Assembly: GCA_934597165.1 (NCBI GenBank)
Contig: CAKTQP010000015.1
Coordinates: 8,612-40,611, forward strand
DNA: 32,000 nucleotides
DNA from: an uncultured Oscillospiraceae bacterium
Lineage (GTDB): Bacteria; Bacillota; Clostridia; Oscillospirales; Oscillospiraceae
Reading direction: 5' to 3'
Below the pieces are notes generated by a model. It saw only the letters and a program-made list of their open reading frames with translations, was not told the DNA's origin and did no database searches. Positions 7,065-15,641 of this stretch are shown piece by piece (positions within the stretch are counted from its first letter, which is position 1; each line of letters starts with the position of its first letter). Both the position numbers and the translations under genes were made by a program.

Positions 7065-8252
7065 TCAAATTCCGGGTTTCCCACCCCGCGTGGGGCTAGG
7101 CTGGTCCTTCAGCCAATTTGGCCTGGATCGGATGCGGATACCGGACACGATGCCCATGGTCACGTACATGGTCATGATGGAGGACCCGCCGTAGCTGAAG
7201 AAGGGCAGGGTGATGCCGATGACCGGCAGGACGTACAGGCACATACCGATGTTCAGGGTCACCTGGGCGATGAGCATCCCGGCGTAGCCGATGCACACGT
7301 AGGAGGAGAACTGGTCTCCGGCGGTGGAGGCGATATACAGGCAGCGCAGGATGATGGCGCACAGGAGCAGGATGGCCGCCAGAGCGCCTACCAGACCCAA
7401 CTCCTCGGTGATGGAGGAGAAGATGAAGTCGGTGTGCCGTTCCGGCAGGGCGGAGGAGTATTTGGCCTGCACCAGGGAGCCGTTCAAGTACCCCTGTCCG
7501 GTCAGACCGCCGGAGCGGACGGCCAGGTAGGAGCGGGTCTGCTGGAAGCCCACCCCCAACGGGTCGGCCTCATGGTCGATGCAGATGAGCAGGCGGGCGC
7601 GCCAGCGGTTGTCGGCGGGCAGGAATTTGATGATGCCCAAAATGCCCAGGGCGCAGACGCCCAGACCGGCCACGAACCAACGCTTGTATATCCCAGCCGC
7701 CCAGATCATAAAGATGAAGATGAAGACATAGATGAGGGCGGAGCCGGCGTCGCTGGAGATGACGAAGATCAGGCCACAGAAGTAGAGCAGCACCCCCACC
7801 AGCCTGGCCACCGAGGGCACTTCGCTGAGCTCCCTGGGGTTTTTGAATTTCAGCAGCATCTGCGCCAGGAGCATGGTGAAGAAGAGCTTGACGATCTCTG
7901 CCGGCTGGATGTTGAAGGGGATACCGGGGATGTGGAGCCAAGCTCGGTTGCCGCCGATGTCCACACCCAGGGGGGTGCGCAGGAGCAGGATAAAGAAGGT
8001 GCATCCAGCCACCACCCAGCGCCATTTGTCGATGAGTAATTGGATATTGAACTGGGAGACCACGAAGTACAGGACGATGCCGATGCACATGGCGACGGCC
8101 TGTTTGATGGGCATGGAATGGTACTCGGCCTTCCAGCGGGTTGCGGAGTAGATCATGGCCAGGCCGTACAGGTTGGCGGTCAGGCACAGGCCCAACAGCA
8201 CGTGGTCAGCCTGCCGCAGGGCGTCCACGATCAGATCCCGAATGGCGGACAT
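7065..8252 (-). CDS. SEDS-family peptidoglycan glycosyltransferase (FtsW/RodA/SpoVE)
   Basis: 395 aa, RBS GAGGTGA. It is a multi-pass membrane protein with the family-typical stretches ...RAWLHIPGIPFNIQPAEIVKLFF... and ...PERHTDFIFSSITEELGLVG...LPVIGITLPFFSYGGSS. Confidence 0.9.
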   Translation of the reverse strand: MSAIRDLIVDALRQADHVLLGLCLTANLYGLAMIYSATRWKAEYHSMPIKQAVAMCIGIVLYFVVSQFNIQLLIDKWRWVVAGCTFFILLLRTPLGVDIGGNRAWLHIPGIPFNIQPAEIVKLFFTMLLAQMLLKFKNPRELSEVPSVARLVGVLLYFCGLIFVISSDAGSALIYVFIFIFMIWAAGIYKRWFVAGLGVCALGILGIIKFLPADNRWRARLLICIDHEADPLGVGFQQTRSYLAVRSGGLTGQGYLNGSLVQAKYSSALPERHTDFIFSSITEELGLVGALAAILLLCAIILRCLYIASTAGDQFSSYVCIGYAGMLIAQVTLNIGMCLYVLPVIGITLPFFSYGGSSIMTMYVTMGIVSGIRIRSRPNWLKDQPSPTRGGKPGI

Positions 8253-8321
8253 TGCATCACCTCAATTCTTTCAAACAATTTCCCCTTATTGTACCATCAA
8301 ACCCGGTGGGTGTAAACCGTT

Positions 8322-8350
8322 TTGCATCTGGGGACGAAACGTGATATAAT
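8322..8350 (+). promoter_or_regulatory. Near-consensus sigma-A promoter for tsaE-tsaB
   Basis: TTGCAT (8322-8327), 17-nt spacer, TATAAT (8345-8350). Confidence 0.6.
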
Positions 8351-8389
8351 AAGACATTCAAGAATCACCTTGGGAGGAAGAAGAGCACC

Positions 8390-8818
8390 ATGACCTATGT
8401 GACCAACAGCCCAGCGGAGACGGAAGCCCTGGGTCAGTGCCTGGCGGAACGGCTCCAGCCCGGCGACGTGATCGCCTACACCGGCGACCTGGGGGCGGGG
8501 AAGACCGCCTTCACCCGCGGCCTCGCCCGTGGCCTGGGCATCACGGAGCGCATCACTTCCCCCACCTTTACCATCGTCAACGAGTACCAGGGCGGTCGGC
8601 TGCCCCTGTTCCACTTTGATATGTACCGGCTCGGCTCCTCCGATGAGTTATACGAAATTGGCTGGGAGGATTACCTGGCGCGAGGCGGCGTGTGCGCCGT
8701 GGAGTGGAGCGAGATCGTGGCGGACGCCTTGGAGGAGGACTGCATCCGGGTGGACATCCGCCAGGGTGACACGGAACATCAGCGGAAGATCACCGTAGAG
8801 GGGGTGGAAGACCTGTGA
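8390..8818 (+). CDS. tsaE: tRNA t6A37 biosynthesis ATPase TsaE
   Basis: 142 aa with Walker A GDLGAGKT, then SPTFTIVNEY and LFHFDMYRL, the classic TsaE/YjeE motifs. Confidence 0.9.
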   Translation: MTYVTNSPAETEALGQCLAERLQPGDVIAYTGDLGAGKTAFTRGLARGLGITERITSPTFTIVNEYQGGRLPLFHFDMYRLGSSDELYEIGWEDYLARGGVCAVEWSEIVADALEEDCIRVDIRQGDTEHQRKITVEGVEDL

Positions 8819-9540
8819 AGATTTTAGCATTGGAATCCTCCGCGAAAGCGGCGTCGGTCTGCCTGTGGGAGGACGGCGTATTGCTGGCGGAGAGCTATCA
8901 GAACAGCGGTCTGACCCACAGCCGCACCCTGCTGCCCATGTGCCAGACCATGCTGGACAACTGCGGACACCAGCTGTCAGAGGTGGACGTCATCGCCGTC
9001 GCCAACGGTCCCGGTTCCTTTACTGGGCTGCGCATCGGTCTGTCCACCGCCAAAGGGTTGGCCTGGCCGGGGGAACTGCCCTGCATCGGGGTGTCCACTC
9101 TGGAGGCCATGGCCTGGAACCTGGCGCACGTAGATGGTGTTATCTGCTGTGCCATGGACGCCCGGCGGAAGCAGGTGTACAACGCCCTCTTTGAGGCCAA
9201 GGATGGACAGCTGACCCGGCTGACGCCGGATCGAGCCATTTCCCTGGAAGAACTGTTCCATGGGGAGACTGTGGAAAAAAGACCGCAAATTCTAGTTGGA
9301 GATGGGGCGGAACTGTGCTATAATGATGCGAGCCCTTTGGGACTTCCCGTGCGTTTGGCGCCCCCCCACCTGCGGCATCAGCGTGCCAGCGGGGTCGCCC
9401 GTGCCGCTTGGGAGCAGATCCAGCGGTTAGGGATGGAAAACTTGCCCACCGCTGCGGCACTGCAAGCCAACTACCTGCGTCTGTCTCAGGCAGAGCGGGA
9501 ACGGCTGGAGCGGATGAAGCAGGCGGAAGGCCAGGGCTGA
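8815..9540 (+). CDS. tsaB: tRNA t6A37 biosynthesis protein TsaB
   Basis: 241 aa. The GTG start overlaps the tsaE stop (GTGA). MKILALESS...GPGSFTGLRIG matches the TsaB/YeaZ N-terminal pattern. Confidence 0.85.
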   Translation: MKILALESSAKAASVCLWEDGVLLAESYQNSGLTHSRTLLPMCQTMLDNCGHQLSEVDVIAVANGPGSFTGLRIGLSTAKGLAWPGELPCIGVSTLEAMAWNLAHVDGVICCAMDARRKQVYNALFEAKDGQLTRLTPDRAISLEELFHGETVEKRPQILVGDGAELCYNDASPLGLPVRLAPPHLRHQRASGVARAAWEQIQRLGMENLPTAAALQANYLRLSQAERERLERMKQAEGQG

Positions 9541-9638
9541 ACGCGATTGTTTTGTGTATTTTTAGGATAGAGAAACGGCAGCACCCAATGGCAGGGGATA
9601 GGACCCTTGCCCGAAGATAGAAAAGGAGAAACAAAACC

Positions 9639-10271
9639 ATGGGTAATAACATTCACATTTTGAACCACCCCCTGCTCCAGCACAAGCTGAGCATCCTGCG
9701 GGATGAGCATACCGGCACCAACGAATTCCGGAAGGTCGTTTCCGAGATCGCCAGCCTCATGACCTACGAGGCCACCCGCGACCTGCCCACCCGTGACGTG
9801 GACGTGAAGACTCCGGTGGACGTGGCACACTGCAAGGTGCTGGCCGGCAAGAAGATCGCCATCGTCCCCATCCTCCGTGCCGGTCTGGGCATGGTGGACG
9901 GCGTGCTGGAGATGCTGCCCACCGCAAAGGTCGGTCACATCGGCCTGTATCGTGACCCGGAGACCCTGGATCCTGTGGAATACTACTGCAAAATGCCTCA
10001 GGACATCGCAGAGCGCGACATCCTCATCGTTGACCCCATGCTGGCCACCGGCGGCAGCGCTTCCGCAGCCATCGACTGCATGAAGAACTACGGCTGCAAG
10101 AGCATCAAGATGATGAACATCATCGCCGCTCCCGAAGGCGCAGAGCGCATCAGCAAGGAACATCCTGACGTGGACGTGTATGTGGCTTCCATGGACCTGT
10201 ACCTGAACGACCACGGTTACATCGTCCCCGGCCTGGGCGACGCTGGCGACCGGATCTTCGGCACCAAGTAA
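9639..10271 (+). CDS. upp: Uracil phosphoribosyltransferase
   Basis: 210 aa. The stretches [24 protein letters not shown], the PRPP loop [10 protein letters not shown], and the C-terminal [17 protein letters not shown] are all present. Confidence 0.95.
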   Translation: MGNNIHILNHPLLQHKLSILRDEHTGTNEFRKVVSEIASLMTYEATRDLPTRDVDVKTPVDVAHCKVLAGKKIAIVPILRAGLGMVDGVLEMLPTAKVGHIGLYRDPETLDPVEYYCKMPQDIAERDILIVDPMLATGGSASAAIDCMKNYGCKSIKMMNIIAAPEGAERISKEHPDVDVYVASMDLYLNDHGYIVPGLGDAGDRIFGTK

Positions 10272-10292
10272 GAGAGAGAATCAGATTGCAGA

Positions 10293-10348
10293 GGGTGAAA
10301 TGATGCACCGATTCCTCGTTGATGAGGAACCGGCGGGTCATTTCACCC
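10293..10348 (+). other. Long imperfect hairpin between upp and glmS (possible upp terminator or leader structure)
   Basis: Outer 11-bp stem GGGTGAAATGA/TCATTTCACCC and inner stem TTCCTC/GAGGAA. Only a weak U-tract (AATTT) follows. Confidence 0.35.
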
Positions 10349-10393
10349 AATTTGCAGGCAGCCAACCAGAACAAGCATTAGGAGGACACTAAT

Positions 10394-12226
10394 ATGTGTG
10401 GTATTGTCGGTTTTATCGGCGAGCAGGAGGCCGCTCCCATTTTGTTGGAGGGTCTGGCTCGCATGGAATACAGAGGATATGACTCGGCGGGTCTGGCGCT
10501 GCTGGATCCGGTGAAGGGTCTGCAGGTGGCCAAGGCCAAAGGTCGCCTGAGCGTGCTGTCCGAAAAGGTGGACGGCGGCAAGAAGCTGTTCGGCACCATC
10601 GGCGTCGGCCACACCCGCTGGGCCACCCACGGGGAACCGTCCGACGCCAACTCCCACCCGCTGCTCAGCGACTCCGGCCGCATCGCTGTGGTGCACAACG
10701 GCATCATTGAGAACTACATGGAGATCAAGGAGTTCTTGCAGGAGAAGGGCGTCCTGTTCCACTCGGATACGGACACCGAAGTGGTGGCGCAGCTGCTGGA
10801 CTACTACTATCAGGGGGACATCCTGGACGCAGTGCAGAAGGTGCTCCACCGCATCGAAGGTTCTTACGGCCTGGGCATCGTCTGTGCCGAGCATCCCGAA
10901 CAGCTCATCGCCGCCCGGAAGGACAGTCCTCTGGTGCTGGGCTACGGCGACGGGTTCAACATGATGGCCAGCGACGTGACCGCCCTCATCAAGTACACCC
11001 GGGACGTGTCCTACATGGAGAACGGCGAGATCGCCGTCCTCACCCGCCAGGGCATCCAGGTCTATAACATCCTCCTGGAACCGGTGGAAAAGGAACATTC
11101 CACGGTGGATTGGGACATTTCCGATGCGGAAAAGGGTGGTTATGAGCACTTTATGTTCAAGGAGATCATGGAGCAGCCCGAAGCCATCCGCAAGACCATC
11201 ACCCCCCGCATCAAGGACGGCCGGGTGGTGCTGGATGACATCGACCTGAGCGCCGACTATGTGAAGAATATTTCCAAATTCTACATCATCGCCTGCGGCT
11301 CCTCGTATCACGTGGGCATGGTGGGCAAGTATGTCCTGGAAAAGACCCTCCGCAAACCGGTAGAGGTGGCGCTGGCCTCCGAGTTCCGCTATTGCTCCCC
11401 CATCGTGGACGAAAACACCCTGGTCATCGTCATCAGCCAGTCCGGTGAGACCCTGGACACCATGGAAGCCCTCCGGGAAGCCAAGCGGCTGGGTGGGCGC
11501 ACCCTGGCCATCGTCAACGTGGTGGGCAGCTCCATCGCCAAGGAAGCAGATGATGTCATCTACACCTGGGCGGGTCCCGAGATCGCCGTGGCCACCACCA
11601 AGGCGTATTCCACCCAGCTGGCGGTGCTGGATCTGCTCTGCCTGTACCTGGCTGACCTGCTGGGGAGCATTTCCGCAGAGGAATACACGGAGATTTTGAC
11701 CGAATTGACCCGGATCCCGGACAAATTGAAGGTAGTGCTGGAGCAGAAGGAACGCATCCAGCAGTACGCCTCTCAGTTCTTCAACCACGATTCCATCTTC
11801 TTCATCGGCCGCAACCTGGACTACGCCATCGGCCTGGAAGCATCTCTGAAGCTGAAGGAGATTTCCTACATCCACTCCGAAGCCTACGCAGCCGGTGAGC
11901 TGAAGCACGGCACCATCTCCCTCATCGAGCAGGGCACCCTGGTCATCGCCCTGGCCACCTACGGGCAGCTGTTCGACAAGGCGGTGAGCAACATGATCGA
12001 GGTGCAGAGCCGCGGCGCGACGGTGCTGGGCCTGACCGATACCGCCCACGAGGAAGCGTTGGGCAAGCACGCTGACGCCATCATCACCGTGCCGGAGACC
12101 CATCCGCTGCTGATGCCCTCCCTGGCTGTGGTGCCCATGCAGCTGTTCGCCTATTACGTGGCGCTGTCGCGTGGGTGCGATATCGACAAGCCGAGGAACC
12201 TGGCCAAGTCGGTCACGGTGGAGTGA
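10394..12226 (+). CDS. glmS: Glutamine--fructose-6-phosphate aminotransferase
   Basis: 610 aa. It starts with MCGIVG (the catalytic Cys2), carries two SIS domains, and ends with the typical ...KPRNLAKSVTVE. RBS is TTAGGAGG. Confidence 0.95.
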   Translation: MCGIVGFIGEQEAAPILLEGLARMEYRGYDSAGLALLDPVKGLQVAKAKGRLSVLSEKVDGGKKLFGTIGVGHTRWATHGEPSDANSHPLLSDSGRIAVVHNGIIENYMEIKEFLQEKGVLFHSDTDTEVVAQLLDYYYQGDILDAVQKVLHRIEGSYGLGIVCAEHPEQLIAARKDSPLVLGYGDGFNMMASDVTALIKYTRDVSYMENGEIAVLTRQGIQVYNILLEPVEKEHSTVDWDISDAEKGGYEHFMFKEIMEQPEAIRKTITPRIKDGRVVLDDIDLSADYVKNISKFYIIACGSSYHVGMVGKYVLEKTLRKPVEVALASEFRYCSPIVDENTLVIVISQSGETLDTMEALREAKRLGGRTLAIVNVVGSSIAKEADDVIYTWAGPEIAVATTKAYSTQLAVLDLLCLYLADLLGSISAEEYTEILTELTRIPDKLKVVLEQKERIQQYASQFFNHDSIFFIGRNLDYAIGLEASLKLKEISYIHSEAYAAGELKHGTISLIEQGTLVIALATYGQLFDKAVSNMIEVQSRGATVLGLTDTAHEEALGKHADAIITVPETHPLLMPSLAVVPMQLFAYYVALSRGCDIDKPRNLAKSVTVE

Positions 12227-12250
12227 GAGCCGACCTGCAATAAGGAATAC

Positions 12251-12284
12251 AAAAGGGAGAACCCACCCAGGGTTCTCCCTTTGT
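12251..12284. terminator. Bidirectional intrinsic terminator shared by glmS and the convergent small ORF
   Basis: AAGGGAGAACCC-ACCCA-GGGTTCTCCCTT with A-run upstream and T-rich sequence downstream. Confidence 0.8.
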
Positions 12285-12301
12285 TATGCGCACCCTGTCG
12301 G

Positions 12302-12475
12302 TTACAGCCCGATGGCGTCCGTCAGGTCTTCCATCACGTCGGACACTGCCTTGATGGTCTTGCCCACCTTGCTCTTAGCCAGCACGTGCTTCCGCTTGCC
12401 GTGCATGGCCATGCCCAGAGCGACGCCCACGCTGATGCCCAGGCCGACGCCTCTTGCAAAGGGAATCTGTTTCAT
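12302..12475 (-). CDS. Small 57-aa protein (not in the ORF track; glycine-rich hydrophobic N-terminus, basic amphipathic C-terminus)
   Basis: On the minus strand, AAAAGGAGGCGGATTGGA precedes the ATG at 12475. Translation: MKQIPFARGVGLGISVGVALGMAMHGKRKHVLAKSKVGKTIKAVSDVMEDLTDAIGL, stop at 12302-12304. A terminator lies immediately downstream. Confidence 0.55.
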   Translation of the reverse strand: MKQIPFARGVGLGISVGVALGMAMHGKRKHVLAKSKVGKTIKAVSDVMEDLTDAIGL

Positions 12476-12635
12476 TCCAATCCGCCTCCTTTTTGGTTGT
12501 CACCGTTAGTATGGCTAGTTTTGCGGAAAATTACGATGAAGTTTCTGGTATTTCTTGCGTTTTTCGCCCCCTTGCGGTATCATGTATCTTAGTATAATTA
12601 TAAGCACCATTCAGTTGACAGAATAGGGAGGAAGC

Positions 12636-13952
12636 ATGAATCTGCTCATCCAACAGGGTCAACTCATCGACCCCAGCCGGACGTATACCGGCATTTATGA
12701 CATTTTGATCGAAAACGAAACGATTGCAAAAATCGCCCCCCACATCACTCCGCCCGAGGACTGCATCTGCCTTGATGCCGCCGGTCTCTGCGTGGCGCCG
12801 GGGCTCATCGACCCTCACGTTCACCTCCGTGATCCCGGCCAGACCGAGAAGGAGGACATCCACACCGGCACTGCCGCAGCCGCAGCCGGTGGCTTCACTG
12901 CCATTGCCTGTATGCCCAACACCAAACCGGTGGTGGACACGCCGGAGCTGGTGCAGTATGTGTTAGAGCGGGCGGAAACGGTAGGTTCCGGTGTCCGCGT
13001 CCTGCCCATCGCGGCGGTGACGGCGGGACAGAAGGGGGAGAAGTTGAACGACTTCGCTGCCCTGAAAGCTGCTGGCGCGGCAGCGCTCTCCGACGACGGT
13101 GTGCCCATCATGAGCGCGTCCCTCATGCGGGAAGCCTTGAAACAGGCCAGCGCCTGCGGCATGACCATTCTCTGTCACGAAGAGGACAAGGAGATGGTGC
13201 AGAACTATGCCGTCAACGAGGGTGAAATCTCCAAAAAACTGGGCATCCCCGGCCGCCCGGCCATTGCGGAAGAGCTGATGGTCATGCGGGACGGGATGCT
13301 GGCGATGGAGACCGGCGTGCCCCTGCACTTCTGTCACATTTCCACGGCCGGCAGCGTGGAGATCATCCGCCAGCTGAAGGCCCACGGCGCGCCGGTCACG
13401 GCGGAGACCTGCCCCCAGTATTTCACCCTGACCCAGGACTCCATTCTGGAAAAGGGTTCCCTGGCACGGGTCAACCCGCCCCTGCGCACTCAGGCGGATG
13501 TGGAAGCCATCTTGGCCGGTCTCCAGGACGGCACATTAGATTGTATCGCCACCGACCACGCGCCCCACACGGCAGCGGAAAAGGCCAAGGGGCTGACCGA
13601 AGCGCCCAGCGGCATGGTTGGGTTGGAGACGGCGTTGGCGCTGACGCTGACTAAGCTGTACCATGGCGGGTACTTGACGCTGGAGGAAATCGTTGCCAAA
13701 ATGAGCGCGAATCCGGCCAAGGTTTTGGGGCAGGATTGGTCTGGCCTTACCCCTGGCGGACGGGCAGATTTGGTGCTCTTCCAACTAGACGAAACGTGGA
13801 CGATTTGCCCGGATACCTTCCGTTCCAAGGGGCGCAACACCCCCTTTGGCGGGATGGAAGTGCGGGGAAAAACTGCTTATACCATCGTCGGCGGCAAGGT
13901 CGTTTACCGGCGAGATGAGGATAGAAAGGATGGGAACAACGATGTCCTTTGA
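12636..13952 (+). CDS. pyrC: Dihydroorotase
   Basis: 438 aa. GLIDPHVHLRDPG (the metal-binding HxH), MPNTKP, and the later TDHAPH are present. RBS is TAGGGAGGAAGC. Confidence 0.9.
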   Translation: MNLLIQQGQLIDPSRTYTGIYDILIENETIAKIAPHITPPEDCICLDAAGLCVAPGLIDPHVHLRDPGQTEKEDIHTGTAAAAAGGFTAIACMPNTKPVVDTPELVQYVLERAETVGSGVRVLPIAAVTAGQKGEKLNDFAALKAAGAAALSDDGVPIMSASLMREALKQASACGMTILCHEEDKEMVQNYAVNEGEISKKLGIPGRPAIAEELMVMRDGMLAMETGVPLHFCHISTAGSVEIIRQLKAHGAPVTAETCPQYFTLTQDSILEKGSLARVNPPLRTQADVEAILAGLQDGTLDCIATDHAPHTAAEKAKGLTEAPSGMVGLETALALTLTKLYHGGYLTLEEIVAKMSANPAKVLGQDWSGLTPGGRADLVLFQLDETWTICPDTFRSKGRNTPFGGMEVRGKTAYTIVGGKVVYRRDEDRKDGNNDVL

Positions 13953-14871
13953 CAAACTGCAAGATAGAATCTTGACCCTGAAAAACCCCACCGTGGCCGG
14001 TCTGGATGCCCGGTTGGATTACGTGCCGGAGCATATCCGGGCGGAAAAGATTGCCCAGTACGGCCAGACCCGCAAGGCGGCGGCGGAAGCCATCTATACC
14101 TTCAACTGTGGACTCATGGACGCCCTCTGCGACATCGTGCCCGCAGTGAAACCCCAGTCCGCCTACTATGAAAACCTGGGCTGGGAGGGGATGGAGATGC
14201 TGGAACGCACCATCCGTTACGCTAAGGAAAAGGGGTTCTACGTCATCGCCGACATCAAGCGAGGGGACATCGGAAGCACCGCAACCGCCTACGCCGAGGG
14301 TTGGCTGGGCAAGACCGTGGTGGGAGACGTGACCTTGCCTGGCTTTGATGCCGACTGTGTGACCGTCAACGGTTACATGGGCAGCGACGCGGTCCAGCCC
14401 TTCCTGACTGTGGCGGAAGAGGAGGACAAGAGTTTGTTCGTGTTGGTGCGCACCTCTAACCCTTCTGCCGTAGATTTGCAGGATCAGGAGATTGGCGGTC
14501 GTAAGGTCTACACGGTCATGGGCGACCTGGTGGAGCAGTGGGGCGAAGGGAGCCGCAGCGCCAAGTACGGCTTCAGCCGTGTGGGTGCTGTCACCGGCGC
14601 CACCTATCCGGAGGATCTGCGTAAGCTCCGACAGCAGATGCCCCACACCTTCTTCCTGGTGCCCGGCTATGGCGCTCAGGGCGGCACGGCAGAGGATGTG
14701 GCCAACGCCTTCCACGCAGGTGGCACGGGTGCCATCATAAATTCTTCCCGCGGTATTATGTGCGCCTGGAAAAAGACCGGTCAGAACGGTCTGGACTACC
14801 AGGAAGCCGCCCGACAGGCGGCGCTGGCTATGCGGGAGGACATCTGCGCTTACACCACCATTGGTGATTAA
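13942..14871 (+). CDS. pyrF: Orotidine 5'-phosphate decarboxylase (long, type 2 form)
   Basis: The track ORF 13846..14871 is trimmed to ATG 13942; ATG 13930 is an alternative. MSFDKLQDRI...VAGLD..., the KPQSAYYE stretch and DIKRGDIGST match type 2 PyrF. It overlaps the pyrC stop. Confidence 0.8.
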   Translation: MSFDKLQDRILTLKNPTVAGLDARLDYVPEHIRAEKIAQYGQTRKAAAEAIYTFNCGLMDALCDIVPAVKPQSAYYENLGWEGMEMLERTIRYAKEKGFYVIADIKRGDIGSTATAYAEGWLGKTVVGDVTLPGFDADCVTVNGYMGSDAVQPFLTVAEEEDKSLFVLVRTSNPSAVDLQDQEIGGRKVYTVMGDLVEQWGEGSRSAKYGFSRVGAVTGATYPEDLRKLRQQMPHTFFLVPGYGAQGGTAEDVANAFHAGGTGAIINSSRGIMCAWKKTGQNGLDYQEAARQAALAMREDICAYTTIGD

Positions 14872-14885
14872 GAAAGGGGAGTAAA

Positions 14886-15641
14886 ATGCCCATTCAAAAA
14901 CAATGTAAAATTCGAGAAATGAAGCCGCTGACGGCGGATATTTTCTCTATGATATTAGATGCCGGAGAGATGGCGAAAGCCGCCCATCCCGGTCAGTTCG
15001 TCCACATCCGCTGCGGTGAGGGACACCTCCTCCGCCGTCCCATCTCCATCTGCGACGCTTGGGAGGACAACCTGCGTATCGTCTTTCAAGTCCGCGGTAC
15101 GGGGACAGACTGGCTGGCGAAGCGAACCGCTGGGGAGACCTTGGATGTCCTGGGCCCCTTGGGCAACGGCTTCGACCTGTCCGGTGACAAACCCATTTTG
15201 CTGGTCGGCGGCGGCATTGGCACCGCCCCCATGTGCTTCGCAGCTCGTCTGCTGGGCGACCGATGCCAGGCGGCCTTTGGCTTCCGCTCTCGGGACGGCG
15301 TCATCCTGGCGGACGAGCTGGCGGCGGCAGGTGTGCCTGTCACCGTGACCACTGAGGACGGTTCCTATGGCGAAACAGGCCGGGTAGATCAGGTGGTGCA
15401 GCGGCTGCTGCGGGAAAATCCCGACCTGACCGTGCTGGCCTGCGGCCCCACCCCCATGTTGAAGGCGATTTCCGCCGTGACGGCAGGGGAGGGGAGTGGC
15501 TGCCAGGTCTCTTTGGAGGAGCGGATGGCCTGTGGTTTGGGGGCCTGTCTGACCTGCTCCTGTAAAGTGAAAGGACATTACAGGCGGGTCTGCAAGGACG
15601 GTCCTGTGTTCCGAAGTGAGGAGGTAGAGTGGGATGAATAA
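14886..15641 (+). CDS. pyrK: Dihydroorotate dehydrogenase B electron-transfer subunit
   Basis: 251 aa with an FAD/NAD-binding fold (RRPISI, GGGIGTAP) and the C-terminal 2Fe-2S cluster MACGLGACLTCSC...CKDGPVF. Confidence 0.9.
   Translation: MPIQKQCKIREMKPLTADIFSMILDAGEMAKAAHPGQFVHIRCGEGHLLRRPISICDAWEDNLRIVFQVRGTGTDWLAKRTAGETLDVLGPLGNGFDLSGDKPILLVGGGIGTAPMCFAARLLGDRCQAAFGFRSRDGVILADELAAAGVPVTVTTEDGSYGETGRVDQVVQRLLRENPDLTVLACGPTPMLKAISAVTAGEGSGCQVSLEERMACGLGACLTCSCKVKGHYRRVCKDGPVFRSEEVEWDE

Noticed and set aside
7012-7086. tRNA/tmRNA-like 3' end (GGGTTCAAATTCCGG T-arm-like stem-loop followed by GTTTCCC-A-CC) with possible 5' partners GGAAGCG (7012) or GGGGAAC (6857)
   Set aside because: No D-arm or anticodon arm can be drawn. 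The T-stem closes with a G:U where C61 is near-invariant. There is no encoded CCA, no tmRNA tag ORF (..AA-stop), and no smpB neighbour. Part of it lies inside the SEDS coding sequence. This is probably chance or a degenerate relic.
7434-8039. 201-aa plus-strand ORF and other ORFs overlapping the SEDS gene
   Set aside because: These are shadow frames of a strongly supported membrane protein gene.
10343-12103. 586-aa ORF antisense to glmS
   Set aside because: glmS is unambiguous. The antisense ORF has a Gly/Val/Asp/His-rich shadow composition.
12171-12592. Plus-strand ORFs 12171..12509 and 12281..12592
   Set aside because: They have no RBS and run through the glmS terminator. They are antisense to a better-signalled 57-aa minus-strand ORF.
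12510-12635. Possible PyrR-type attenuator or riboswitch upstream of pyrC
   Set aside because: There is no terminator/antiterminator pair and no PyrR binding loop (..UCCAGAGAGG..). Only a weak promoter-like TTGCGG-15-TATAAT is present.
13747-14715. 322-aa ORF antisense to pyrF
   Set aside because: It is a shadow ORF. pyrF motifs are clear on the plus strand.
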